NCBI GenBank assembly: GCA_963755765.1
Contig: CAVWKZ010000008.1
Span: 615,695-679,694 of the forward strand
Length of the DNA stretch: 64,000 nucleotides
Direction of reading: 5' to 3'
Source: an uncultured Acidobacteriaceae bacterium
Lineage (GTDB): Bacteria; Acidobacteriota; Terriglobia; Terriglobales; Acidobacteriaceae
Below are positions 16,707 to 26,109 of this stretch, piece by piece (positions within the stretch are counted from its first letter, which is position 1; every line of letters begins with the position of its first letter). The notes under the pieces were generated by a model. That model saw nothing but the letters and a program-made list of their open reading frames with translations, was not told the origin of the DNA and searched no databases. The position numbers were made by a program, and so were the translations under genes.

Positions 16707-18836
16707 TTACAGCGCCGCAGCCTGTTCGCGCCGACGGCCCTGAATCTCGATATAAACGTTGATCAAAGAAACCGCCGCCGGCGTCACCCCGGGAATGCGC
16801 GAGGCTTGGCCCAGCGTCTGCGGGACGACATTTCCCAGCTTCTCCTGCATCTCGCGCGACAACCCGCTGACGGCTCCGTAATCGAACCAATCGGGAATGC
16901 GCCGCTGCTCCGCCTTTTTCAATCGGTCAATGGCGCGCTGCTGCTGGTCGAGATACCCGGCATACTTAATCTCAGTTTCGACCGCCTTAAGCTCGTTGCG
17001 GATTTCAGACGAAAGATGGAGCGGAGAAGCATCAACCGCAGAGGACACCGAGTTCGCTGAGCAATTTCTTTCGAAAAACCGCGGTGCCAGTTCCGCGAGA
17101 ATCGCCGCCAGTTGCTCGATGGTAATTTCAGGCCGCTTAAGCAGTTGAGCCAAAGGCTGCCCAATCGCGGAAGACAGATCGATCACCTCGGAATCCGTAG
17201 TCGCAGCCGCCTCCGCATGCCCCCGACCCGTTGACCGCAGCTCGACAGCGATCTCCTCGGCCATCGCCCCCGTGACCCTAGTCCGCTCCAGCAGCAGCTT
17301 CACTTCCTCCAGTCGCCGCTGCTTCGCCTCAAAATCCGCCCAAGCCTCATCCGAGATCAGCCCTACCCGCCGTCCATGGGGAGTCAACCGTCGATCAGCA
17401 TTATCGATCCGCAGGTGCAAGCGGAACTCCGCCCGCGAAGTAAACATCCGGTAAGGTTCGTTGGTCCCCTTCGAAATTAAATCGTCGATCAGAATCGCCG
17501 TATAAGCTTCCGTGCGATCGAGGATCAGCGGAGCATCGTTCTTCACTTTCAGAGCCGCGTTAATTCCCGCCATGATTCCCTGGCACGCCGCTTCCTCGTA
17601 CCCCGACGTCCCATTGATCTGCCCGGCCAGAAACAATCCCGCGATCTTTTTCGTTTCCAGTGTCCGCTTGAGTTCCGTGGGATCGATCGAGTCATATTCA
17701 ATCGCGTACCCCGGCCGCATCATCTCCGCGTTTTCGAGGCCCGGAATCGACTTGAGAATCGCCAGTTGCACATCAATCGGCAGCGAAGTGCTCATGCCGT
17801 TGACGTAGATCTCGTGCGTGTTCAGGCCCTCCGGCTCCAAAAAGAGCTGGTGCGTCAGTTTGTCGGGGAACTTGACGATCTTGTCCTCAATCGACGGACA
17901 ATAGCGCGGCCCGGTTGATTGAATCTGTCCGCTATACATCGGCGAGCGATGCACGTTCTCGCGAATAATGCGGTGCGTCTCTTCAGTCGTAAAAGCGATG
18001 TAGCAAGGCACCTGCGAATCGTGATGCGCAACTCTCCGCGTGCGAAAACTGAATGGCGTGGGATCCAAATCCCCCTGCTGCCGCTCAAATCGCGACCAGT
18101 CAATCGTGCGCCCATCCAGCCGAGGAGGCGTCCCCGTCTTGAGCCGGCATCCTCGCAGCCCAAGCTTCTTGAGCGCCTCGCCCAGTAGGACCGCCGCCGG
18201 TTCTCCCGATCGCCCCGCCGGATACTGCTGCTCGCCGCAGTGAATCAGCCCATTAAGAAAAGTCCCGGTGGTAATGATGACCACCGAAGCCGAAACGCGG
18301 CGCCCATCGCGCAATAGAATGCCGCGAATGCAGTTCTCGGTTCCCAGTTCCCGGTCCTCAGTACTTCCGGCGACATTGTCATCCTGAGCGGAGCGAAGGA
18401 CCCGCTTTTGCTGAGTGCTGAATGCTGAATGCTGAGTGCTGCCCAGAATCACATCCGAAACTTCCGCCTGCTTGATGCTCAAATTCGCCTGCGACTCCAG
18501 CACCTCGCGCATCTTGAGACGATAGGCCTGCTTGTCGCACTGCGCTCGTGGAGACCAAACGGCGGGCCCGCGTGAAGTATTAAGCAGGCGAAATTGGATT
18601 CCGACCGCATCCGTAATCTCGCCCATGATCCCGCCCAGCGCATCTACCTCGCGCACCAGATGCCCCTTAGCGATGCCCCCGATGGCCGGATTACACGACA
18701 TTTGCGCAATCAGATCGACATTCAGCGTAAACAGAGCAGTCTTCAGCCCCATGCGGGCGGCAGCCATGGCGGCTTCGCAACCGGCATGACCCGCTCCGAC
18801 AACTACGACATCGAAATGTTCGTCAAACGTCAGCAT
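16707..18836 (-). CDS. mnmG: tRNA uridine 5-carboxymethylaminomethyl modification enzyme MnmG (GidA), with internal insertion
   Basis: [60 protein letters not shown] and [13 protein letters not shown] are all canonical MnmG motifs. I trimmed the start to the ATG at 18836. Confidence 0.95.
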   Translation of the reverse strand: MLTFDEHFDVVVVGAGHAGCEAAMAAARMGLKTALFTLNVDLIAQMSCNPAIGGIAKGHLVREVDALGGIMGEITDAVGIQFRLLNTSRGPAVWSPRAQCDKQAYRLKMREVLESQANLSIKQAEVSDVILGSTQHSAFSTQQKRVLRSAQDDNVAGSTEDRELGTENCIRGILLRDGRRVSASVVIITTGTFLNGLIHCGEQQYPAGRSGEPAAVLLGEALKKLGLRGCRLKTGTPPRLDGRTIDWSRFERQQGDLDPTPFSFRTRRVAHHDSQVPCYIAFTTEETHRIIRENVHRSPMYSGQIQSTGPRYCPSIEDKIVKFPDKLTHQLFLEPEGLNTHEIYVNGMSTSLPIDVQLAILKSIPGLENAEMMRPGYAIEYDSIDPTELKRTLETKKIAGLFLAGQINGTSGYEEAACQGIMAGINAALKVKNDAPLILDRTEAYTAILIDDLISKGTNEPYRMFTSRAEFRLHLRIDNADRRLTPHGRRVGLISDEAWADFEAKQRRLEEVKLLLERTRVTGAMAEEIAVELRSTGRGHAEAAATTDSEVIDLSSAIGQPLAQLLKRPEITIEQLAAILAELAPRFFERNCSANSVSSAVDASPLHLSSEIRNELKAVETEIKYAGYLDQQQRAIDRLKKAEQRRIPDWFDYGAVSGLSREMQEKLGNVVPQTLGQASRIPGVTPAAVSLINVYIEIQGRRREQAAAL
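18331..18445. repeat. Repeat-derived in-frame insertion inside mnmG
   Basis: The plus strand reads ...gtcatcctgagcggagcgaaggacccgcttttgctgagtgctgaatgctgaatgctgagtgctg.... It shares the exact 17-mer cagcactcagcattcag with the intergenic hairpin at 2652-2740. Confidence 0.65.
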
Positions 18837-18967
18837 GTGCGCTTTTATCAGAGGCCACGGTATCCGGGGAGAATGGCGCTTGTTTGATTGTAGCAACCTT
18901 GCTGATTTCAAAGTCGCGCCCTTGCGATCCGCCGATCGCGACCGTATAGTGAACGGTTTACTTCGCA

Positions 18968-19375
18968 ATGTCTATGGCCCGAGCCATCCCCATCGGCGTG
19001 CGCGGCGAAGCGGTTGAAACCGTCGAACTTAAGCACACGCTCGCGGGACATAATCCCGCGTTGCCACCCGTCTACACGACCCCCGACATGATTCGGCTGA
19101 TGGAAATCGCCGGCTTCCACGCGCTGCAACCATTTTGTGACGAGGGAGAAATCACCGTCGGCATTTCCATCCACGTCGAACACCGCGCCGCCAGCGGGAT
19201 CGGAGTGCGAATTCAAGCCGAGGCGGAACTGGAGTCTTTCGACGGGCGCTTCTATATCCTGCGCGTACGCGCCCACGACGGCACTCAGGAAATCGGCAGC
19301 GGTACCGTTGGACGCGCCGTGGTCCACGTCCCTACTTTCGTCAAGCGCATGCAGGAGAAGGCAAAGCCCACCTAG
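18968..19375 (+). CDS. Hotdog-fold thioesterase-like protein
   Basis: 135 aa. The pattern ...[19 protein letters not shown]...[37 protein letters not shown] resembles FlK/YbgC-like thioesterases as I remember them. Confidence 0.6.
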   Translation: MSMARAIPIGVRGEAVETVELKHTLAGHNPALPPVYTTPDMIRLMEIAGFHALQPFCDEGEITVGISIHVEHRAASGIGVRIQAEAELESFDGRFYILRVRAHDGTQEIGSGTVGRAVVHVPTFVKRMQEKAKPT

Positions 19376-19471
19376 CACAGCTGTGCCTCGTCACCGTATT
19401 TCACCGATTGAATTGCGTCCTTCAGCATGCTTTCGCATCTTTGTAGGAGAGCACAATTTTGATTCACTGCC

Positions 19472-20044
19472 ATGAAAACACCGCCGATTTGGTTTGAGCG
19501 AAAGTTTGACTTCACGTTTCCCGTGGACCAGTGTCCGAACCTGTGTGCGCGTTTGCGAGGCACCCCGGCCCGGCTGGAAGAAATCGTCAACGCCATTGAT
19601 CGCGGCGTCCTGATCAGCAAGCCGGGCGAAAATAAGAAATGGTCAGCCCAGGAACACGCCGGACACTTGCTGGACCTCGAACCTCTATGGATGGCGCGGG
19701 TAAATAATTATCTGGGAGATGACTACCTGAATGAGGCATCGCAGCTAACCGCGGCTGATCTGAGCAATCGGAAGACGCACGAAGCGCACCACAACCAGCG
19801 CCCGATCGGCGAGATTCTCGCGGAATTCCGAAGCGCCCGCTCACAACTCGTGAACCAAGTCGAGAACCTCGGCCCTGCAATCTACGCCCGTGCTCTTCTT
19901 CATCCGCGGCTGAAATTACCCATGCGGCTGGTCGACCATTTGTACTTTGTGGCCGAGCACGATGACCATCACCTGGCCCACATCTGGGACCTGACCAGTA
20001 CCGATCAGTCAGCAACGCGCAAATCAAGAATCAACCCGGATTAA
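19472..20044 (+). CDS. DinB family protein
   Basis: 190 aa with His-containing helices (EHAGHLLDLE, EHDDHHLAHIWDL) typical of DinB_2. Confidence 0.75.
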   Translation: MKTPPIWFERKFDFTFPVDQCPNLCARLRGTPARLEEIVNAIDRGVLISKPGENKKWSAQEHAGHLLDLEPLWMARVNNYLGDDYLNEASQLTAADLSNRKTHEAHHNQRPIGEILAEFRSARSQLVNQVENLGPAIYARALLHPRLKLPMRLVDHLYFVAEHDDHHLAHIWDLTSTDQSATRKSRINPD

Positions 20045-21094
20045 CGGTTTCGTGCGCGGCAAAACCTCGCCGATTTCCACCGCCGGAACGCCAGCATCCC
20101 GCAGCGCTCGCGTAAGCGCAGCGGCCTCCTCAGCGGAAACCGAGATCAACAGGCCTCCGGCGGTCTGCGGATCGAACAAAAGCGTGCGGATATCGTCGGG
20201 CACCGTCGCATCGTAGCCCACCACGCATTCCGCAAAATCGCGATTGGCATTGAGTCCGCCGGGAATGTGGCTGGCATGAATGCAATCGAGCGCGCCCTCA
20301 AGCACAGGAATCTCGGCGGACTGAAATACCAGGCTCACGTCCGATGCCAGCGCCATCTCGCGAGCGTGGCCGATCAGACCGAAGCCGGTGATGTCGGTGA
20401 GCGCATGCACAGACCTTCTAGGCGAGTGCTCCGCAAGCCCGCTGATAATCACCTCAGCCGCGGCTTTATTCAGGGTTGTCATCGACTTCACGGCGGCGTC
20501 AATCCACTCCTGCCTGGCAACACCTTTCTTGATCGCCGTCGAAATCACGCCCGTGCCCAGCGCCTTAGTGAACAGCAACCGGTCGCCGGGTCGGGCGCCC
20601 TGATTAGCCAGCACACGCTTAGGATGAATCACTCCGGTAACGGAATAGCCGAATTTTGTTTCTTCATCGCGAATGCTATGACCGCCAACCACCGTGCATC
20701 CAGCCTCCATCATCTTCGACAAGCCGCCCGCCAGAATGCGCTCTAGAATTTCGAGGTCGCCTTTTTCGGGAAAGCAAACCAACGCCAGCGAGGTCAGCGG
20801 CTTTCCACCCATGGCATAAACGTCGCTGAGCGCGTTGGTGGCGGCGATCTGGCCGAAAGTGTACGGATCGTCCACGATGGGCGTGAAAAAATCCACCGTC
20901 TGCACCAGCGCCGTCTCCGGCGTCAACAGATACACTCCGGCATCGTCGGCGCGATCGAAGCCGACTAGCACATTGGGGTCCTGTTGCCGGGCTAATTTCC
21001 CAAGCACTGTGTCCAGCGCCGCCGGACTCAGCTTGGACGCTCAACCCGCAGCTTTAACAGACTCCGTGAGACGGAATGGTTTTACCTCAGACAC
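20024..21094 (-). CDS. selD: Selenide, water dikinase (selenophosphate synthetase) with in-frame UGA at the catalytic Cys/Sec position
   Basis: The GTG at 21094 gives (M)SEVKPFRLTESVKAAG-[TGA]-ASKLSPAALDTVLGKLARQQDPNVLVGF...DDAGVY.... This aligns with E. coli SelD [25 protein letters not shown]. The ORF track starts only after the TGA (21007). Confidence 0.85.
21000..21036 (-). promoter_or_regulatory. Candidate SECIS hairpin 4 nt downstream of the selD UGA
   Basis: On the minus strand: ccaagc-tgagtcc-(ggcggcgct loop)-ggacaca-gt-gcttgg. The stem is about 13 bp, interrupted, with one A-A mismatch and a 2-nt bulge. Confidence 0.5.
21041..21043 (-). other. In-frame UGA (putative Sec codon) in selD
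   Basis: The plus strand reads tca at 21041-21043, in frame with the upstream FRLTESVKAAG and the downstream ASKLSPAAL. Confidence 0.8.
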
Positions 21095-21150
21095 GAGGCC
21101 ATTGTATCGGAGAGAGAAGAAGCCATTCGCGACTATAATGGCGCGAACGG

Positions 21151-23205
21151 ATGGCCCTCTTTTCTACTTCACCAGAATCACCCGCAGAATTACGCAACCC
21201 ATGGTTCGCGGCAGCAGTTGCACTTCTGATGCTCGTTCTCCTAATCGAGCTGATCGTGCCCGCCTACCGTCAGTCCGCGACATTTGACGAAGGCTGCCAC
21301 ACATTGGCAGGATACAGCTATTGGACAAGAGGCGATTTCGGTATCAACCCGGAGAATCCGCCACTGGTCAAACTGCTGGCGGCTGTTCCCTTGCTTCCCA
21401 TGTCTCTTCGCTACTCGCCTCCGCCACAAACATTCTTCAAAGTCTCGTGCCTGGTGGGCGGAGGCCAGTTCCTCTATTCCAACAACGCCGATACCATGTT
21501 GTTCCGGGCTCGCATGGCCGCAGCCACTTTGACGATTCTGGCGGCGCTACTGGTCTTTGCCGTCGCCTCTGAGATGTTCGCCCCCGCAGTTGGGCTGCTG
21601 GCACTGCTTCTCTTTGTTTTCGAGCCTAACCTGATTGCTCACGGTTCCCTCGTCACCACGGACATGGGCATGACTCTGTTTCTGTTGGCGACAGTCTATT
21701 CGTTTTATCGCTATGTCAAGAATGCGACCGTGCCACGGCTGCTCCTCACCGGACTAAGTGTCGGTTTCGCGCTCGCGTCCAAACATTCAGCAATACTACT
21801 GTTGCCAGTTCTCTTGCTGCTCGCGCTCGCAGAGATCGTGCACCGCGACGCGGACCTCAACCCCGCGAGGGACGGAAAACTAAAACGCGCCCTTCGGTTG
21901 ACGGCCGCGTTGGCGGCTGTTGGAGTTCTATCGGTCGGGATCTTATGGGCATTCTATGGTTTTCGTTCTTACATGCGGCCGGGAGGGCCGCCGCCGATCC
22001 CCGCCTTTAGCCAGTACGTGCTCCACATGCATCACCCGCTCGCTGAAAAGATGCTAACGACTCTGGCCCGCTACCACTTGCTTCCAGAAGCCTATCTATT
22101 CGGCTTTGCCGACGTGGCCATCACGCCACAACACTTTTCGTCGTACTTGTTTGGGAAAGTCTACCGTCACGGCCGCTGGTTCTACTTTCCAGCTGCCTTC
22201 CTAATAAAGTCCACGATTGGATTTCTGCTCTTGTTGGTGGCAGTGCCGGTCGCGATCGCTGCCGAGCGCGTCCGCCGCTGTAGGGAGCTGCTGTTCCTGG
22301 CTATTCCCGCTGCCGTCTATTTCTTGGCGGCCATGGGATCAGACTTCAACGTCGGCATTCGTCACATACTCCCGGTCTACCCATTTCTAGTGATCCTCGC
22401 AAGCTACGGCGCCTGGAGCCTCGGGCGTTCCCACCGTTCGCACAAGGTGTGGCTCTATGCGATGTCCGCACTGGTCGTTTTTCATGTGGTTTCTTCCGTT
22501 CATGCGTTCCCGAATTATCTCCCCTATGCTAATGAAATCTGGGGCGGCCCGGCCAACACCTACAAGGTGCTGACCGATTCCAACGTTGACTGGGGACAGC
22601 AACTGAAACTTACCAAGAAATATCTGGACGAGCGCGGAATTCAGGATTGCTGGTTCGATTATTTTGGGCGCATGGCGGCGGATCCCGCCTACTACCAGAT
22701 CCCATGCAAGATTCTTCCCCAAAAACTAGGCGGCCCCGTCGAAAATATGCCGGCACGCGTCAGCGGAACGATACTGATCAGCGCCACCGAACTTTCTCCG
22801 GCCCTCTGGGGCCCCGGCGATCTGAATCCTTATTCCAAATTCGCGCACCTCCAACCCGACGACAAAATCGCTGATGGAGTATTCGTTTTCCACGGAGAAT
22901 TCGACGTGCCGCTGCTCGCCGCCATGAGCCATGCCCAAGCCGCGGAGACCCTGTTGGACAATGGAGAGCCAGGTGGAAAGCCAAGCGATGCGCAGGCCGC
23001 ACTGGCCTTAGTCGAGGCTCAACTCGCCGTGTCCTTAGCGCCCGACAATGTAGGCATCCAAGTCACTCTCGGTAACGCGCTGTCGGAGTTGCACCGCGAA
23101 GCCGAGGCCCGAGCGGCTTACCAGCATGCGCTCATGTTGGCGCAGACCAACTATCCAGAATTTCAAAGCGATTGGCTGCCCGGATTGAAGCGGATGCTGC
23201 GCTGA
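21151..23205 (+). CDS. GT-C type (family 39/ArnT/PMT-like) glycosyltransferase with C-terminal TPR-like region
   Basis: 684 aa with many TM helices. The N-terminal loop reads QSATFDEGCHTLAGYSYW...NPENPPLVKLL, as in ArnT/PMT-like enzymes. The C-terminus has TPR-like helices (EAEARAAYQHALMLAQ). Confidence 0.75.
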   Translation: MALFSTSPESPAELRNPWFAAAVALLMLVLLIELIVPAYRQSATFDEGCHTLAGYSYWTRGDFGINPENPPLVKLLAAVPLLPMSLRYSPPPQTFFKVSCLVGGGQFLYSNNADTMLFRARMAAATLTILAALLVFAVASEMFAPAVGLLALLLFVFEPNLIAHGSLVTTDMGMTLFLLATVYSFYRYVKNATVPRLLLTGLSVGFALASKHSAILLLPVLLLLALAEIVHRDADLNPARDGKLKRALRLTAALAAVGVLSVGILWAFYGFRSYMRPGGPPPIPAFSQYVLHMHHPLAEKMLTTLARYHLLPEAYLFGFADVAITPQHFSSYLFGKVYRHGRWFYFPAAFLIKSTIGFLLLLVAVPVAIAAERVRRCRELLFLAIPAAVYFLAAMGSDFNVGIRHILPVYPFLVILASYGAWSLGRSHRSHKVWLYAMSALVVFHVVSSVHAFPNYLPYANEIWGGPANTYKVLTDSNVDWGQQLKLTKKYLDERGIQDCWFDYFGRMAADPAYYQIPCKILPQKLGGPVENMPARVSGTILISATELSPALWGPGDLNPYSKFAHLQPDDKIADGVFVFHGEFDVPLLAAMSHAQAAETLLDNGEPGGKPSDAQAALALVEAQLAVSLAPDNVGIQVTLGNALSELHREAEARAAYQHALMLAQTNYPEFQSDWLPGLKRMLR

Positions 23206-23234
23206 TTTCTTCGGCGACGCAGGTGAATCGCTAA

Positions 23235-23744
23235 CTATCTTACGGCAACCTGCGTGATCTGCAGATCGGGATAGGCGCGGTTCCACTGTGCGGAAATGTT
23301 GTCAAAGGTAAGGCGGAAAGGCTTGCTTTGCCCGGGCCCAAGCGGCGAGAGGTTAAGGTCCACGGCTTCATCGTACGGTCCGCCGGTCCTCAGAACCCGG
23401 ATCGGAAGTTCTTCGCGCTGCGCTGTCTGTCCCAGTTCGTCCTTGAACGTAACCTGGGCTATCGCAAGGATGACCGTCTTATCGCCGATATTTGTGACGG
23501 TGCCGTCGAGGTAGCTGACGGTGGCGCCTGCAAAATTCTCCGCCGCGCTTGCCTTCAGTTCCGAAAATTTCAAGTTCGCGGCGTATGCCGGGGGCACAAC
23601 TGGCTTGGTCTGCTTGGCCCGCAAAATTAGCGCAAGAACAACGATCACAACTCCGACAATGACGATCCCAATAAGGATCGGACGCAGGCTGGACTCTTGT
23701 CGCTCCGTCGTGGGGTTAAAGCTTGGCTCGATCAGGCCATCCAT
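23235..23744 (-). CDS. Hypothetical membrane-anchored protein
   Basis: 169 aa with a single TM segment (ILIGIVIVGVVIVVLALIL) followed by a beta-rich domain. No family recognised. Confidence 0.5.
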   Translation of the reverse strand: MDGLIEPSFNPTTERQESSLRPILIGIVIVGVVIVVLALILRAKQTKPVVPPAYAANLKFSELKASAAENFAGATVSYLDGTVTNIGDKTVILAIAQVTFKDELGQTAQREELPIRVLRTGGPYDEAVDLNLSPLGPGQSKPFRLTFDNISAQWNRAYPDLQITQVAVR

Positions 23745-23783
23745 GGCGGGATTGTACTACCGGCGGCTGCTTATGAATGTGAC

Positions 23784-24602
23784 CTAACGGGCGACTGGGC
23801 CGGAAGACGATGATTTCGGAGCCTTCCCCGATGTCCACGAATCAACCTCGCGGTAATTGCTGTATTCGATCGTCAGCGTGGCCCGCCCTCCCAGACGGAT
23901 GTAGCTGACCGACTCGTTGCGGCGCGGAAGCCAGAAATCTTGCACCTTCATGTACTCGTGATGGATCTCGCTCTTCTTCGTCCAGAACGACGGATTCTGG
24001 GCCGGCTCCGCTTCAATCCGGGTGACTGCGAAATCGGTTTCATCGACCCAAACTTTGCCGCGATAGAGATACTTGCTTTTCGATTTAGGGTAGACCTCAA
24101 GCACGTATTGGCCACCCTCGCCGGAAGAATTTCGGCCCGAGGACTCGAAGCCGATCAGCGCGAAGTCGTAGTTGTCGCGGTTCAGCAGGGTCCGGGCGTG
24201 CATTCCCGGCTCTGTAGCTTCCGTTTCGCTCTCCAGCAACCGCTTGAACACTCGGTCAATCACTAGTTTCGATCCGTTTTGGGAGATGACCTTAAAGTTT
24301 TTCGTGGACGGACTGTCATACGTAGCCTCCACCGTCATCTCGGCATCGCGATCACCGGGGAATCCACGATAAGAAAGGCGATAGATGCGTGTGGACTCAT
24401 AGTGGCGCAGAGCCTGTGCCCGCTCTGCATCCTTCCGGACAAGATTGTTCACGACCTGCTCGACCGAGAGTGGCGCCGTGGTAATAGAAGGCAGGAGCTG
24501 GTTGGAATCGACGCTGGCACTCACCAGCGCGGACGTAAGAATTAGGCAAACTCTGACGGCAGTCAGCACTGAACTCTGTGGTGGGCTCAAAAGGCCAGCC
24601 AT
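23784..24602 (-). CDS. Hypothetical secreted protein, possibly LolA/RseB-like fold
   Basis: The ORF is open to 24746. I prefer the internal ATG at 24602 because it precedes a signal-like segment (VRVCLILTSALVSASV). The fold assignment is a weak impression only. Confidence 0.45.
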   Translation of the reverse strand: MAGLLSPPQSSVLTAVRVCLILTSALVSASVDSNQLLPSITTAPLSVEQVVNNLVRKDAERAQALRHYESTRIYRLSYRGFPGDRDAEMTVEATYDSPSTKNFKVISQNGSKLVIDRVFKRLLESETEATEPGMHARTLLNRDNYDFALIGFESSGRNSSGEGGQYVLEVYPKSKSKYLYRGKVWVDETDFAVTRIEAEPAQNPSFWTKKSEIHHEYMKVQDFWLPRRNESVSYIRLGGRATLTIEYSNYREVDSWTSGKAPKSSSSGPVAR

Positions 24603-24890
24603 CCAAAATCCGATCGCAGAACCTAGGGTACCACCTCCCCGGAACGTTCGGAACCTGGGCAATCTGACCACCGAGAGTTGCGTGGCGAAGATTTCCCCAA
24701 GCGGCGACACCGCTCGATTCTGGTCGTCGATGCAGGTCAAGGACAAGCACCAATTTCCCGGTGGTGTGGCGATTTGACTCCTCTATCCGGAGTTACCGCC
24801 AAGATTCTGGGAATATTTTCAATCACTTGCGGACGAGAACGAACGGTAAGATGATTGCTGCCGTACAGCTGTAAACGAGGAGCCTCCCCC

Positions 24891-25022
24891 ATGTGGACTC
24901 GCGAAACGGAAAGTCGTGTTTATTGCAACTGGATTGCGATCTTCTCCTACGCCGCGTCGATAGCGGCGAGCCTCGCGATTTGGCGAGGGCTATTCCTCGC
25001 CGTGGAACACTTGGTGAAGTAA
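24891..25022 (+). CDS. Possible 43-aa small membrane protein (below the ORF-track cutoff)
   Basis: aggagcc lies upstream of the ATG. The product is MWTRETESRVYCNWIAIFSYAASIAASLAIWRGLFLAVEHLVK with one hydrophobic helix. Confidence 0.25.
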   Translation: MWTRETESRVYCNWIAIFSYAASIAASLAIWRGLFLAVEHLVK

Positions 25023-25127
25023 CTCGGAACTAAGATGCTGGGAATGGCCGTGGATGTGCACCAGGGCCATCGCCACCGAGCCGCGAAATTGCTGGTCAGA
25101 GAATTGCCGACCGGACTGTCGATCAGA

Positions 25128-25694
25128 TTACCGATCATAGTGCAGGAGTGAGAACACGTCGTACTTCGCCAATTTCTCGCGACCCTTCAGGAAATCTAGC
25201 TCAACCACGAACGCCAATCCCGCAATCTGCGCGCCCAGGCGGCTGGCCAGTTCCGCCGTAGCCACCGCCGTTCCTCCGGTCGCCAGCAGGTCGTCCACAA
25301 TCAGAACGCGTTGGCCCTTCTCGATAGCATCTTTGTGGATCTCCAGCACGTTGCTCCCATATTCCAGCTCGTAGCTCACCTTGACGATTTCGGCAGGCAA
25401 CTTTCCCGGCTTGCGGACAGGGACGAATCCCGCATTCAGCCGATAGGCAAGCGCTGGTCCGAAGATAAATCCGCGCGCCTCCATGCCCAGCACCAGATCA
25501 ATCTCTTTGCCGATGTAGTGTTCCGAGAGCGCGTCAATCAGCCGCGCGAACCCGAGCTTGTCCTTGAGTAGAGTGGTGATGTCATAGAACAGAATGCCCT
25601 TTTTCGGGAAGTCGGGCACCTCCCGGATCAGTTCTTTCAATCCATCGCAAGTCGCCGGTTTGCTCTGCACTTCGGGCGTACTCTGCTTTGACAT
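25128..25694 (-). CDS. apt: Adenine phosphoribosyltransferase
   Basis: [12 protein letters not shown] and the PRPP motif [14 protein letters not shown]. Confidence 0.95.
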   Translation of the reverse strand: MSKQSTPEVQSKPATCDGLKELIREVPDFPKKGILFYDITTLLKDKLGFARLIDALSEHYIGKEIDLVLGMEARGFIFGPALAYRLNAGFVPVRKPGKLPAEIVKVSYELEYGSNVLEIHKDAIEKGQRVLIVDDLLATGGTAVATAELASRLGAQIAGLAFVVELDFLKGREKLAKYDVFSLLHYDR

Positions 25695-25701
25695 GCTTGC
25701 G

Positions 25702-26010
25702 TTATGCTCCTCGCACCTGAAAAGAACCGAGACCCGAGACCACTTCGGCCTCGGATTCCTCTACGACATCGACGCGCGCCGCCCGCGGCCCTTCACGCAA
25801 CCGTTCCCGCAATCCGGCCAACTGCTCGCGCGTTCCCATGGCCAGAACTTCAACGCCGCCGTCATGATTGTTCCGCACCCATCCCGCAATTTGCAGGATG
25901 TGCGCCTCGCGCTCGACAAACCAGCGGAAGCCAACACCTTGCACACGGCCGCGCACGATGAAACGACGAGCCTGGGCGGGAGTGGGAGACTGATGTTTCT
26001 TGGAAATCAT
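25702..26010 (-). CDS. acyP: Acylphosphatase
   Basis: [14 protein letters not shown] and [13 protein letters not shown] are the two acylphosphatase signatures. I prefer the ATG at 26010 over the TTG at 26016. Confidence 0.9.
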   Translation of the reverse strand: MISKKHQSPTPAQARRFIVRGRVQGVGFRWFVEREAHILQIAGWVRNNHDGGVEVLAMGTREQLAGLRERLREGPRAARVDVVEESEAEVVSGLGSFQVRGA

Positions 26011-26023
26011 CGTCAAGATTTAG

Positions 26024-26099
26024 GAGGTGAGAGGTCAGATTGCAGAAGTGAAAACACAACTCCCTTGGTTTCAACCTCTGCAATCTGACCTCTCACCTC
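26024..26099. repeat. Perfect 22-bp inverted repeat between efp and acyP
   Basis: gaggtgagaggtcagattgcag (26024-26045) and its exact reverse complement ctgcaatctgacctctcacctc (26078-26099), separated by a 32-nt loop. Confidence 0.85.
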
Positions 26100-26109
26100 T
26101 GACCTCGCC

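Noticed and set aside
23745-23786. Same-frame adjacency of ORFs 23784-24746 and 23235-23744, and likewise queA with 32563-33264, as possible stop-codon readthrough.
   Set aside because: The separating stops are TAG and TAA, not TGA. The downstream proteins have their own TM/signal N-termini, and nothing suggests recoding.
24781-25127. Search for tRNA genes, especially tRNA-Sec, in the larger intergenic regions (24781-25127, 26674-26952, 39392-39583, 43876-44132, 58322-58578).
   Set aside because: I could find no acceptor-stem or T-loop (GGTTCGAATCC-like) pattern, and no cloverleaf with a TCA anticodon, by eye. This is not exhaustive without a covariance-model scan.
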